Origin: Deltaproteobacteria bacterium
GTDB taxonomy: Bacteria > Myxococcota > B64-G9
Assembly (NCBI GenBank): GCA_030591445.1
Contig: JAUVBB010000001.1
Span: 1 to 59,511, forward strand
Length of the DNA stretch: 59,511 nt
Direction: 5' to 3'
In this document: positions 15,012-25,600 of the stretch, piece after piece
How positions within the stretch are numbered: the first letter of the stretch is position 1
Layout: every line of letters starts with the position of its first letter
Made by a program: the position numbers and the translations under genes
Notes under the pieces: generated by a model
The model's database searches: none
Seen by the model: the letters and a program-made list of their open reading frames with translations, nothing else
Told to the model about the DNA's origin: nothing

Positions 15012-16574
15012 TTATGATTTGATTTCTTCTCTGATCTTCTTTTTCGAAATCTTGCCCGAGCCAGTTCTTGGCAGGGAAGCCAAGAATATGACCCGTTTCG
15101 GCGACTTGAAGCCGGCCAGCTGCCGCTTGCAAAAAGAAACCAGCACCTCGGCGGAAAGTGTAGATTTAGCGCGCAAAACCACGGCCGCGCTGACGGCCTC
15201 TCCCCATTTTGGATCGGGCAAACCGAAAACGGCGGCCTCTAAAACATCCGGGTGCTGATAGAGAACGTTTTCGACTTCCACGCAATAGACGTTCTCACCG
15301 CCGGTAATGATCATGTCCTTCTTGCGGTCGACGATATTGACGTAGCCTTCGGGGTCCATGGTAGCCAAATCGCCAGTCTTGAGCCAATCACCAGCAAAGG
15401 CGGCCGCGGTCTCTTGGGGTCGGTTCCAGTAACCGGTGGTCACAGTGGGTCCGCGAACCCATATCTCACCTACCGCGTGCTCGTCACTGGCAATCTCTGT
15501 GCCTGCCTCATCGACCACTTTTAGCTCCACGGCGGCAAAGGGCCGGCCGGTCTTGGCCTGGTAAACAAACTGTTCTTCGGCCGGCAGCTGTTGCAGATGA
15601 GGGTGTAGCAAGCTCAGAGTCAGGTAGGGGCTGGTCTCGGTCATGCCGTAGGTCTGAACATATTGGCAGTCGAAGTTCTCCATGACCGCGCGGACCAGGC
15701 TGGGGGCAATAGGCGCGCCCCCGGACAGAATAAGCCGAAGATTTGATAGATCATGAGGATGCGCCGACAAGCGCTCATTCATCAAGTTGAGCATGGTGGG
15801 AATCAAGTTGGTAATGGAAACCCCTTCGCGGGCCATGGTGCTAAGCGCGCTTTCAGCATCGAAGCGCGGCAAGATCACGTGTTGGCCGCCCACCGCGGTC
15901 AGAGCAAAGCAGGCCCAGGCGTCGGCCAGGTGAAACATGGGCGCAATGTGAGCCCAAACATCCGCTTCGCTCAGCGACAATTCGTCGATGGCGCAAAGCG
16001 CGTGTACCCCAACATTGCCATGAGTCAACGCCACTCCCTTGGGTTTGCCGGTGGTCCCACTGGTATAATAAAGCTGCGCCACCGTGGCCGGATCCTGTCT
16101 GACCGGCGTCATCGGCGCCGAGGCGACCAGGGCTTGCTGGTATTGCCAAGCGGGCCCCGCCCAAGCCTCCGCCAGGGATTCACCGATCCATAAAATACCC
16201 GCTACCGGCAGTTGCTCAGACCAAAGCTCGCTCAGCACGGGGGCAAAGGCCACATCGGCCACCAGCCAGCGAGCGCCCGCGTCGCGCAGAATGAAGGCCA
16301 GCTCCGGTGCCGACAAGCGTATGTTCAAGGGACAAACAATGGCGCCCAAGCCGGCGGCGGCAAAGTAGGTCTCCAGATAGGCAGCCGAGTTGACCGCCAG
16401 GATCGCAATCCGATCGCCCGCGCCGATGCCTTGCTCGGCAAAGAAGCCGCCCAGGCAAAGGGCCCGATCATGCACCTGCGCATATGACCAGCGCTGATCT
16501 CCATCCACCACCGCGATTTTTTCGGGCGCGCCTTCCGCGGCGCTCTGCAGCATGCTCCAGATGTCCATGATCAA
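15012..16574 (-). CDS. AMP-dependent acyl-CoA synthetase/ligase (FadD-like)
   Basis: Motifs present are YTSGTTGKPKGV, QTYGMTE, GDLATMDPEGYVNIVDRKKDMIITGGENVY and PRTGSGKISK. Confidence 0.92.
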   Translation of the reverse strand: MIMDIWSMLQSAAEGAPEKIAVVDGDQRWSYAQVHDRALCLGGFFAEQGIGAGDRIAILAVNSAAYLETYFAAAGLGAIVCPLNIRLSAPELAFILRDAGARWLVADVAFAPVLSELWSEQLPVAGILWIGESLAEAWAGPAWQYQQALVASAPMTPVRQDPATVAQLYYTSGTTGKPKGVALTHGNVGVHALCAIDELSLSEADVWAHIAPMFHLADAWACFALTAVGGQHVILPRFDAESALSTMAREGVSITNLIPTMLNLMNERLSAHPHDLSNLRLILSGGAPIAPSLVRAVMENFDCQYVQTYGMTETSPYLTLSLLHPHLQQLPAEEQFVYQAKTGRPFAAVELKVVDEAGTEIASDEHAVGEIWVRGPTVTTGYWNRPQETAAAFAGDWLKTGDLATMDPEGYVNIVDRKKDMIITGGENVYCVEVENVLYQHPDVLEAAVFGLPDPKWGEAVSAAVVLRAKSTLSAEVLVSFCKRQLAGFKSPKRVIFLASLPRTGSGKISKKKIREEIKS

Positions 16575-16678
16575 ATCAGCCTAATCAGTCCGGCACACCC
16601 GAGCCATGCCCCCCTGGACAACTTCTTCCAGAATCTCGTGTCGGGATGCATTTGGTTAGGGCTTCGTCTCCTGAGCCA

Positions 16679-16969
16679 TCAATTGCCGAAATTGATCCCG
16701 GAGGAGCCGTCTCGACCCTTGCTGGGAGCGGCATCGGACACGATAAGATATCCGCCCGCGGCAACCAACCCGGCCAGACCCACAAAAAAGGCGGGTTTGA
16801 ACCCGTAGAAAATGCCAACCACTACCGCACCGGCCAGAGCCAGCACAACAATCAACGCCGCCATGGTTTTTCGGCGCTTGCGCACCTGAGGAAGCGGCTT
16901 TCCCAGACAACATTGTTTGTACTTGCGCCCGCTGCCACAAGCACAAGGTTCATTTCTTGCCTGACCCAT
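16679..16969 (-). CDS. Small membrane protein with an N-terminal SEC-C metal-binding motif
   Basis: The sequence begins MGQARNEPCACGSGRKYKQCC, which is a SecA C-terminal-type Zn motif. Two hydrophobic helices follow. GGGGAGA lies 5 nt upstream of the ATG. Confidence 0.65.
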   Translation of the reverse strand: MGQARNEPCACGSGRKYKQCCLGKPLPQVRKRRKTMAALIVVLALAGAVVVGIFYGFKPAFFVGLAGLVAAGGYLIVSDAAPSKGRDGSSGINFGN

Positions 16970-17086
16970 TTCTGTCTCCCCTCGTTGACCACTCCTCTAT
17001 ATTTTAGGCAGTTTGCCCGCCGAACACAAGAGGCACGAGGGTCATATCCTGATCCCGTATTTCCCCGGGTTTTTCCTTGATGTTGT

Positions 17087-17137
17087 CCCCGGCATCGTCC
17101 ATAATGCAATAAGAATGCACAATGGACGATGCCGGGG
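17087..17137. repeat. Perfect 16-bp inverted repeat with a 19-nt spacer
   Basis: ccccggcatcgtccat (17087-17102) pairs with atggacgatgccgggg (17122-17137). The spacer contains the direct repeat aatgca..aatgca. Confidence 0.9.
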
Positions 17138-17145
17138 GTTGCGTA

Positions 17146-18369
17146 ATGTATGTAACTAGAACCATGGAGATATTCGTTAGGTCCGCTTCGCGCCAATTTC
17201 CAGTGTTGCTCATGACCGGGGCGCGGCAGGTGGGCAAGACCACTTTGTTGAATCATTTGCGTGACGAGGAGCGGCAATACGTCACTCTCGACGACCCATT
17301 GCTAAGGAACCTGGCCCGGGAGGATCCGGCGTTGTTCATGCAGCGCTATACTCCGCCGGTGATCATCGACGAGATTCAGTACGCTCCGCAGTTGTTACCC
17401 TATATAAAAATGGCGGTCGACCGCGAGCGAGCGGCAGGCGGGTTCTGGCTCACCGGCTCGCAGGCCTTCCACCTCATGCAAGGTGTGTCGGAATCCCTTG
17501 CCGGCCGGGTGGCCGTTATCGAATTACTCGGTTTGTCGCAAAGAGAGCAACTCGGTCAGGGAAGCCAGGCAGCGCCTTTTCTGCCTCTGCCCGAAGAGAT
17601 CTCACGGCGCGCGATCCCGGGCAAGACGCTCGACCTGAACCGACTGTACCAAAACATCTGGCGCGGCTCCTTTCCTGCCGCCGCGCTTCATCCCGATGTG
17701 GATTGGCAGCTGTTCTACAGCTCTTATGTGCAAACCTATCTCATGCGGGATGTCCACGATCTGACCCAGGTTGGCAACGAGATGAAGTTCGTGCGTTTCT
17801 TGCGGGCCACCGCCGCGCGCACTGGTCAACTATTGAATTTGACTGATCTGGCCCGCGACGCCGATATCGCCGTCAACACCGCCAAGAGCTGGCTGGGCAT
17901 CTTGCAAGCATCGGCAGTGGTGTACTTGCTTATGCCCTACCACTCGAACCTCACCAAGCGCCTGATCAAAGCGCCCAAGCTCTATTTTCTCGACACCGGG
18001 CTCGCAGCCTATCTCACCGGTTGGACTAGCCCCCAAACCTTGGAAGCGGGCGCCATGTCGGGCGCCTTTCTGGAGACCTGGATCCTGGGCGAACTACTCA
18101 AAGGCTATCGGCACAACGGCAGGGAAGCAACGCTGTTTTTCTATCGAGACAAAGACCAGGTAGAGATCGACTTTCTTTTGGTCCAAGACGGAACCATCTA
18201 TCCATTAGAATGCAAGAAGTCCGCTTCGCCTAAACTCGTTGATGCTCGCCATTTTCAGGCCCTCCAGCGCCTGCAAGTTCCCATCGGCCCCGGCGGAATC
18301 CTGTGTCTTTGCCCACAGCCGCTCCCCCTGAGCCCCACCATCAACGCCATCCCTATCGGCATACTTTAA
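17146..18369 (+). CDS. AAA-family ATPase with a DUF4143-type C-terminal domain
   Basis: The Walker A motif is FPVLLMTGARQVGKTTLL. The overall length and layout are typical of AAA_14+DUF4143 proteins. ATG 17146 is preferred over the track start 17122, which lies inside the hairpin arm. Confidence 0.85.
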   Translation: MYVTRTMEIFVRSASRQFPVLLMTGARQVGKTTLLNHLRDEERQYVTLDDPLLRNLAREDPALFMQRYTPPVIIDEIQYAPQLLPYIKMAVDRERAAGGFWLTGSQAFHLMQGVSESLAGRVAVIELLGLSQREQLGQGSQAAPFLPLPEEISRRAIPGKTLDLNRLYQNIWRGSFPAAALHPDVDWQLFYSSYVQTYLMRDVHDLTQVGNEMKFVRFLRATAARTGQLLNLTDLARDADIAVNTAKSWLGILQASAVVYLLMPYHSNLTKRLIKAPKLYFLDTGLAAYLTGWTSPQTLEAGAMSGAFLETWILGELLKGYRHNGREATLFFYRDKDQVEIDFLLVQDGTIYPLECKKSASPKLVDARHFQALQRLQVPIGPGGILCLCPQPLPLSPTINAIPIGIL

Positions 18370-18411
18370 CCCCAAAAAAAGTGCCAGGTCTGGTCGTCGA
18401 GTAAAGCTATT

Positions 18412-19506
18412 CTATATCTCCGGGGTCCACACTTGAGACTCACAGCCGAGTTGTACGTCGAGTTGGGCCGATTCATCATCGCTAACCATGGTGCAGAAAT
18501 CGGGGCAGAACACGATGGCCGTGGGCGCATCGGGATTGTCGTAATACCACAAGAGCTCGCCCGGTGTGCAGTCCCCTTCTGATGGGGTCCGCAATACCGT
18601 CTCCGTGACACCGCCGTGGGTGTATTCAACGTTGACCAGGTCCGAATCAAAAGTCATATACTCCGGTGGTTCAGGCAGTTCTAGTTCACAGGGAATGGGA
18701 ATTCGCTCGCCCATTTCCACCGAGAGGGCATCGAAGACCGCGGTCCAGTCGTTGGTGCAAATAGAATGTTGTTGTCCTGAGGTATCGGCGGCCAGGTCCC
18801 AGTATTCCTCGCCGTTGTCGTAGGCATCCCCATTGGGTCCGGTACAGCCGGCATCAAATATGTCGTGATAGGAACCGGGAGGCGACACAATAGCATGGGC
18901 GGTAAAGGCATGGCCTAGCTTGGCCTCCATTTGCGCCTGGAAATCACCGTATTTCATTTCACTCTCATCATCGGTGACAAAGACAAAATGGGTGCTTGCT
19001 TCATCGCGCAAGAAATCTTGATAGAAGGGCAGCAAGTTGAGGGTCACGGTCAAGGCATTGTTAGACAGGACCAGGTAGTCCACGGCCAGGAAATGCTCTG
19101 GATCGGTCCCCAGCGGGGCCGGCACCCGGACGAGTTCTTTCTTGGTAATAACAATCACCCGGAAATCAATGGCCGAGTTGCTAACGCGCTCGGCAAAAGT
19201 GTTCATGTTGCGCTGAACAATCAAAGCCTCGCCGATCATGGATGGGGAATCGTCGATCACCCACACCACATCCACCGGACGCGCTCGTTCCTGGGCGCTT
19301 ACCTGAACACCCTCGCAGGGCTCAAAACCACCGTCATCCAAACCACCATCGCTTTGGTCATCGCGGTTCGCGTCCTGGCTATCGCTAGCATCGTCGCCGG
19401 CGCCACCGTCACCAGTGGTGTATTCCGAGGGATTATCGTCGCTGCACCCCGGGCAAGAAAACAGCAAAACCAATGACATGAGCAATCCGTATCTCTTCAT
19501 CAGCAT
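18412..19506 (-). CDS. VWA-like lipoprotein with an acidic linker
   Basis: LLMSLVLLFSCPGC is a signal or lipoprotein sequence. An acidic D/G/S-rich linker follows. VDVVWVIDDSPSM is a MIDAS-like DxSxS motif, and HFVFVTDDES is also present. AAGGGAGG lies 7 nt upstream of the ATG. Confidence 0.7.
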   Translation of the reverse strand: MLMKRYGLLMSLVLLFSCPGCSDDNPSEYTTGDGGAGDDASDSQDANRDDQSDGGLDDGGFEPCEGVQVSAQERARPVDVVWVIDDSPSMIGEALIVQRNMNTFAERVSNSAIDFRVIVITKKELVRVPAPLGTDPEHFLAVDYLVLSNNALTVTLNLLPFYQDFLRDEASTHFVFVTDDESEMKYGDFQAQMEAKLGHAFTAHAIVSPPGSYHDIFDAGCTGPNGDAYDNGEEYWDLAADTSGQQHSICTNDWTAVFDALSVEMGERIPIPCELELPEPPEYMTFDSDLVNVEYTHGGVTETVLRTPSEGDCTPGELLWYYDNPDAPTAIVFCPDFCTMVSDDESAQLDVQLGCESQVWTPEI

Positions 19507-19645
19507 TTTTCAACCTCCCTTTTCCTATGGCACCAGTCTCTTGAGGAAGACCTTTTGGCTCAAATTTTTTCTGTTGGCTTGAAACTATTATGTTTCTGGG
19601 GCGTAGTACCATTCCAGTGAGACCGGTGACCAAGGGGAGATCTAT

Positions 19646-22600
19646 ATGAAATGCATGCCTGCGCTATGGTGTAAATGGCTGATAATCATTCTCATTTCCA
19701 GTGGCTGGTCCTTCGGCTGCCCGGGCAACCAGGGGCTTTTGGAACCGGGTGGTGGCTCGGGAGCCGTAGCCGTGGACAAGCAGCCCGAACGAGTCGAGCC
19801 GCTTACCGTGGTCGCCTGGAGCGGAAAGTTTGACCAGGGTTGGAAAGAGTACGACCGACTGGTCAAGGAGCAGAAGTTTGAGCAGGCGGCCAAGTCGGTC
19901 GAGGACATGTTGGAGAAGGCCAAGAGCACCGGCAAGTCCGAAGAGTGGGTCAGGGGTCTCATCCGTTTTGTCCAACTGCGCACGGCCCTGCATGGATACG
20001 AAAAGTCGGTTCGCTTTTTCCGGGAGCAGCCCTGGCCCGAAGATCTGCTGAGCAGCGCGGTGCTGCATCTATTTTACGCGCAGTCGCTGGTTCAATATGC
20101 CCGCAGCTACTCCTGGGAAATCCGCAAGCGGGAGCGGGTGGATTCCAAGGGCGTGGTCGATCTGAAAGCCTGGACCCTGGACCAGATATACGAGGAGGCG
20201 CAGCGCGCCTATCAGAAGGTTTGGCAGCACCGGCAACAGCTGGGGAAACATGCGGTCACATCTCTGTCTGAATACGTGCAAGCCAATAACTATCCCCGGC
20301 AGATTCGCCCCACTCTGCGCGACGCCGTCTCCTATCTGTGGGTGGAAATGCTGGCCGATACTTCTGGTTGGCGACCGGAGCACAGCAATGAGGTTTATCG
20401 GCTGGACCTTGGCAAGATGCTTAGCCAACCGGCTCCGGTGTCACTGACAGATCCGGCGGTCCATCCCTTGCTAAAAATCTGCGCCGTGCTCGATGACCTG
20501 GAGCAATGGCACCGGGCACGCGGTGAGGCCGAGGCCCATTTTGAGACCCGGCTCACCCGGCTGCGCAATTTACACGCCCATTTCAAACGCGAACCGGATC
20601 GTGCCCGCCTGCGCGCGGATTTGCGCGAGCGCCTACCCTCCATGCGCAAACTCGCCTGGTGGTCGATGGGCATGAACGTGTTGGCCGAGTTCGTCCGCGC
20701 CGAGCAGACTGCCGACAACCTGATTCGCGCCCGTAAAATTGCCCTGGACGGGCAGCAAGCCTATCCCGAAAGCATAGGCGGCATGCGCTGCCATCACCTG
20801 GTTAAATCCATCGAGATGCCGGATTTCCGCCCCATGGCCATGGCCAGCGATGGGCCAGGCAAGCGTTCCATCGGCATCCAGCACAAAAACCTGGGTCGAC
20901 TCTACTTCCGCGCCTATCGCCTCGACTTGAAGAAGCAGATCGAGTCGGCGCGCGATTACAATCTTTATCCTCAACACGACCAACTCCAGAAGCTGATCGA
21001 CAAGTCCACCCCCTCAAAGCGCTGGCAAGCGGATCTCGCCGCCACCCCCGACTACAAGATGCACCGCAGCTATGTGGTTCCGCCCATGGATCGGCCGGGC
21101 TTCTACGTAGTGGTATTCTCGGCCACCAAGGACTTCGCCCCCAAGCAGAACAAGCTCCAGGCCCTGTTCATGGTGGTAGGCGATCTGGTGCTGCTCAGCC
21201 GCCAGTTGGGAGACCGGGTAGAGGTGGAAATCCTATCGGGCCAGACCGGCCGGCCCATCTCCGGGGCCAAGGTGCACCTGTACCGATTCGACTATAAGCG
21301 GGGGCACCGTTCGGTCGCCTCCCGGGTAACCGGCAAGGACGGCCGGGTGGTGCTCAAGAAGAAAGGTTCGCACTCCTATTTTCTCTTTGCCCAGAAACGC
21401 AAGCAAGTAGCCATTGACCCCCAAAACATCTACCTCAACGCCAGACCCAAACCCGGGGAGACCTACGCCTCCCTCATCTACACCGACCGCAGCATCTACC
21501 GGCCGCAACAAAGCGTGCACTTCAAGGTGGTGGCCTATCGCGGAAACTATGATCGGGCCGACTTCAAGACCGCTCCAGCCACTCCGCTGACCGTCTCCTT
21601 GCTGGACGCCAATCACCAGGAAGTAGCCAAGAAAAAACTCAAGACCAATCGCTTCGGCAGCGCTTCGGGTAGCTTCGTAATCCCGGCCGGCCGGCTGTTG
21701 GGACGCTGGCAACTGCGCGCCAACTGGAGCGGCTACGCCCATATCCGGGTCGAAGAGTACAAGCGCCCCACATTTGAAGCCAAGCTGCTGGACCCCGAGA
21801 GCCCCCTGCGCTTGAACCGGCAGGCCCAACTCAAGGGCGAGGCCCGCTATTACTTCGGCTTACCGGTGACCAACGGCAAAGTCAGGTGGCGCGTCACCCG
21901 GGCCCCGGTCTTTCCCTGGTGGTGGAGTTATTACTGGTGGCGGGGCGGCGCCGTATCCAACCAGGCTCAAACCATCGACGCCGGCACGGCCACACTGGCC
22001 GACGACGGAACTTTTTCCATTGCCTTCACCCCCAAGGCCGATGAACGTGGGGATGGGCAAACGAAGGGCTTTTCCTATCGCTATGCCGTCAGCGCCGAAG
22101 TAACCGACGAAGGCGGCGAGACCCGTACCGCCAGTCGCAGCTTCCGCCTGGGTTTCGTGGCCGTCGAGGCACGCATGAACATGGAGACCCACTTCATGCT
22201 CGAAGACCGGCCCGGGGTGCTGACCGTTACCCGAAGCAACCTGGACGGCATCGCCGACCCCGGCCGGGGCAGCTACCGTATCGTAGCCCTGCAGTCGCCG
22301 GCCCGGGCCCTGCTGCCTGCTGACCAGCCCTTGCTCGAAATGCCGGGCGCAAAAAAGAGCCCGGCCTATGTCACCCCGGGAGATCTGCTGCGATCGCGCT
22401 GGAATCCCGGCTACCGGCCCGAAGCCGTTTTGCGTGGCTGGGCCGACGGAGCCCAAAAGAGCAAGGGTGGGCTTATCCATAATGATGAAGGCAAGGCCGA
22501 GATCAAACTGCCCGGCCTGCCTGCCGGCGCCTACCGCCTGCACTATAAAACCCGGGACGCCTTCGGCGCCCAGTACCAAATGAGCCAGGAGTTCATGGTA

Positions 22601-25600
22601 GCCGGGACCCAATCGCGCCTGTCCCTGCCGGCCTATCTGCAAGTAGAGCAAAGCTCGGTCAAAGTCGGCGGCACCGCGCGCATCTTGGCGCTCTCCGGAC
22701 TTTCCGATCAACCATTGGTCCTCGACATCTACCGAGACGGCGTCCGCCGCGAGCGCCGGCGCCTGGAATCAGGCCGCGACGCCACCCTGATCGAAATCCC
22801 CATCTCAGAAGATCACCGCGGCGGCTTCAGCGTGGTGCTCACCGCCCTGCGCGACCATCAGGTCATGAAGTTTACCCGCAACCTGTACGTACCCTGGGAC
22901 AACAAGGAGTTAAAAGTCAGCTTCAGCAGCTTCCGTGATTTGCTCCGGCCCGGTGGCAAGGAAAAGTGGACGGTCAAGGTAAGCGGCCCTGCCGGCCGCG
23001 ATACGCCGGCCCGAGCAGCCGAAGTCCTAGCCTATATGTATGACCGTAGCTTAGACACCTTTGCCAGCCATAACCCACCCTCACCACTGGCGCTCTTTCC
23101 CCACCGCGCCCGGGCCGTCTGGGCCCGCACCAGCCTGGGTGGGGCGCGCAGTGGCTGGCTCAGAAGCCATGGCCTCAGCACCCTGCCGGGCTATCCCCAC
23201 CTCGGTTCCGACATTCTGCGCTTTTTCTCCGGCTACGGCATCGGCGGCGTGGGCAAGCGCGGCCAACTTTTTTATGCGGTCGCGACTGGATCCACGGTCG
23301 CGGCAGCTCAATCGGCGAGGAGTACTTCGCTAGATGCCAGGGTGTCTGACGGGCTGTTAGCCAATGAGGAGCTTGCCTCAGCCGAACCAAGAGATGCCGA
23401 GGATCGCGAATCAGAAGGCGGCGAGGATGTCAACGGCGCTGCCGCCGCCCCGGCGCCGGTACAGATGCGCACAGACTTTTCCGAGACGGCCTTCTTCAAG
23501 CCCCATTTGCTTACCGGCCAAGACGGCAGCGTGAGTTTCGAATTCACCGTGCCCGACTCGGTCACCTCCTGGAACGTCTGGGTACACGCCATCACCAACG
23601 ATCTTGAATCCGGCAGCTTGAAAAAAGAGGCCAAGACAGTCAAGGATCTCATGGTGCGGCCCTATTTGCCCCGCTTTTTGCGCGAAGGCGACCAGGCCCA
23701 GATCAAGGTGGCAATCAACAACGCCTCCGCGCGAAAACTTACCGGAAGCCTGGACTTCGACATCATCGACCCGGCCACCGAACGCAGCCTACTGGCAGAC
23801 TTCGGGCTAACAGAGAAAGAAACACGGGACCGGCCCTTTACCGTCGCGGCCAAGGGCGGAACCACCCTGAGCTTCGCCATTGAAACACCGGCCAAGGTAG
23901 GACCCATTGCCTTCAAGGTCATTGCCCGCTCGGGCGATTTCTCAGACGGCGAACTGCGCCCCCTCCCGGTGCTGCCGGGCCGGATTCACCTGGCCCAATC
24001 TCGTTTCGTTACCCTGAAAGACAAGACCCGCCGCGAACTGCATTTTGCCGACATGGCCCGCAACGACGACGACTCGATGATCCACGAGCAGATGGTGGTG
24101 ACGATCGACGCCCAGTTGTTCTACTCGGTGCTCAATGCCCTGCCCTATCTAGTAAACTATCCCTATGAGTGCACCGAACAGACCCTGAACCGCTTTGTCT
24201 CCACCGGCATTCTGGCCTCGATGTACAAAGATTTCCCGGCGATAGAGCGCATGGCCAAGAAGTTTGCCAGCCGCAAGCAACAATACGAGACCTGGAACAA
24301 CAACGATCCAAACCGAAAAATGGCCCTGGAAGAAACACCCTGGCTGCAGATGGCCCAGGGCGGACCCCAGCGTAGCCATCCCCTGATCAACGTGCTGGAT
24401 CCGCGCATCACCCGCGCCCAGCGCGATGCTTCCCTGGCCAAGTTGAAAAAGATCCAAACCGCCAACGGAAGCTTCCCCTGGTTTGCCGGTGGCCCGCCCT
24501 CGCCCTACATGACCCTTTATCTGCTGTACGGTTTTTCCAAGAGCATCGAGTTCGGCGTCGAGGTACCCAAAAACATGACCCAGCGAGCCTGGCGCTATCT
24601 GCACCAGCACTACATCGACCAGGTGGTCGATTGGATGATGAAGAACAACTGCTGCTGGGAGTTTATCACTTTCTTGAACTACACCCTGTCCAACTATCCT
24701 GATGCCTCCTGGTCCGGCGGTGTCTTCAGCAAACTAGAACGCAAGCAGATGCTGGACTATTCTTTCAGCCATTGGAAAGAACACTCGCCTTATCTTAAGG
24801 GCTACCTGTCCTTGACCCTGAGCCGCGCCGACCGCAAGAAAGACGCCCTGCTGGTCTGGGAAAGCGTAATGGATTCTGCCCAGACCAAAGAAGATCAGGG
24901 CACCTTCTGGGCCCCCGAGGACCGTGCCTGGCTCTGGTACAACGACACCATCGAGACCCACGCCTTCGCCATTCGCACGGTAATGGAACTGATGCCCAAA
25001 TCCGAGCACCTGGACGGCCTGGTCTTGTGGATCTTCCTCAACAAGAAACTCTCCCACTGGAAATCCACCCGGGCCACCGCCGAGGTCATTTACTCCCTGG
25101 CCCACTACCTGAAAAAGACCGCCCAACTAGGCCTGCGCGAAGAAATCAGGGTCACCGCCGGCGACACCCAAAAGAATTTCGTCTTCGAGCCCGATGAATA
25201 CACCGGCAAGAAGAACCAAATCGTCATCCCCGGCGAAGAAATCGATGCCCAGAAACACGCCACTGTCGTGGTCGAGAAAGACACCAAAGGCTATGCCTTT
25301 GCCTCGGCCACCTGGCACTTTTCCACCGACAAGTTGCCCGCCGAAGCCCGCGGCGATTTCATCCAAGTCACCCGCAAGTTTTTCAAGCGCGTAAAAACCG
25401 GCCGCGAAGTCGTCCTCCAGCCGTTAAAAGAAGGCGCCCGCATCGAAGTCGGCGACGAGCTGGAAGTACAACTGCAGCTGGTAGCCAAGCATCCCATGGA
25501 ATACATCCACCTGCGCGACCCGCGCCCGGCAGGCTTCGAGCCCACATCAATCGTCTCCCGCCACCATTGGAACCTGGGCATCGGCTGGTACCAAGAAATC

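Noticed and set aside
19526-19545. TGGCAC hexamer upstream of the A2M gene, as a possible third sigma54 promoter
   Set aside because: The -12 position reads TCTTG rather than TTGC, and no GC dinucleotide lies at the required 12-nt spacing from GG.
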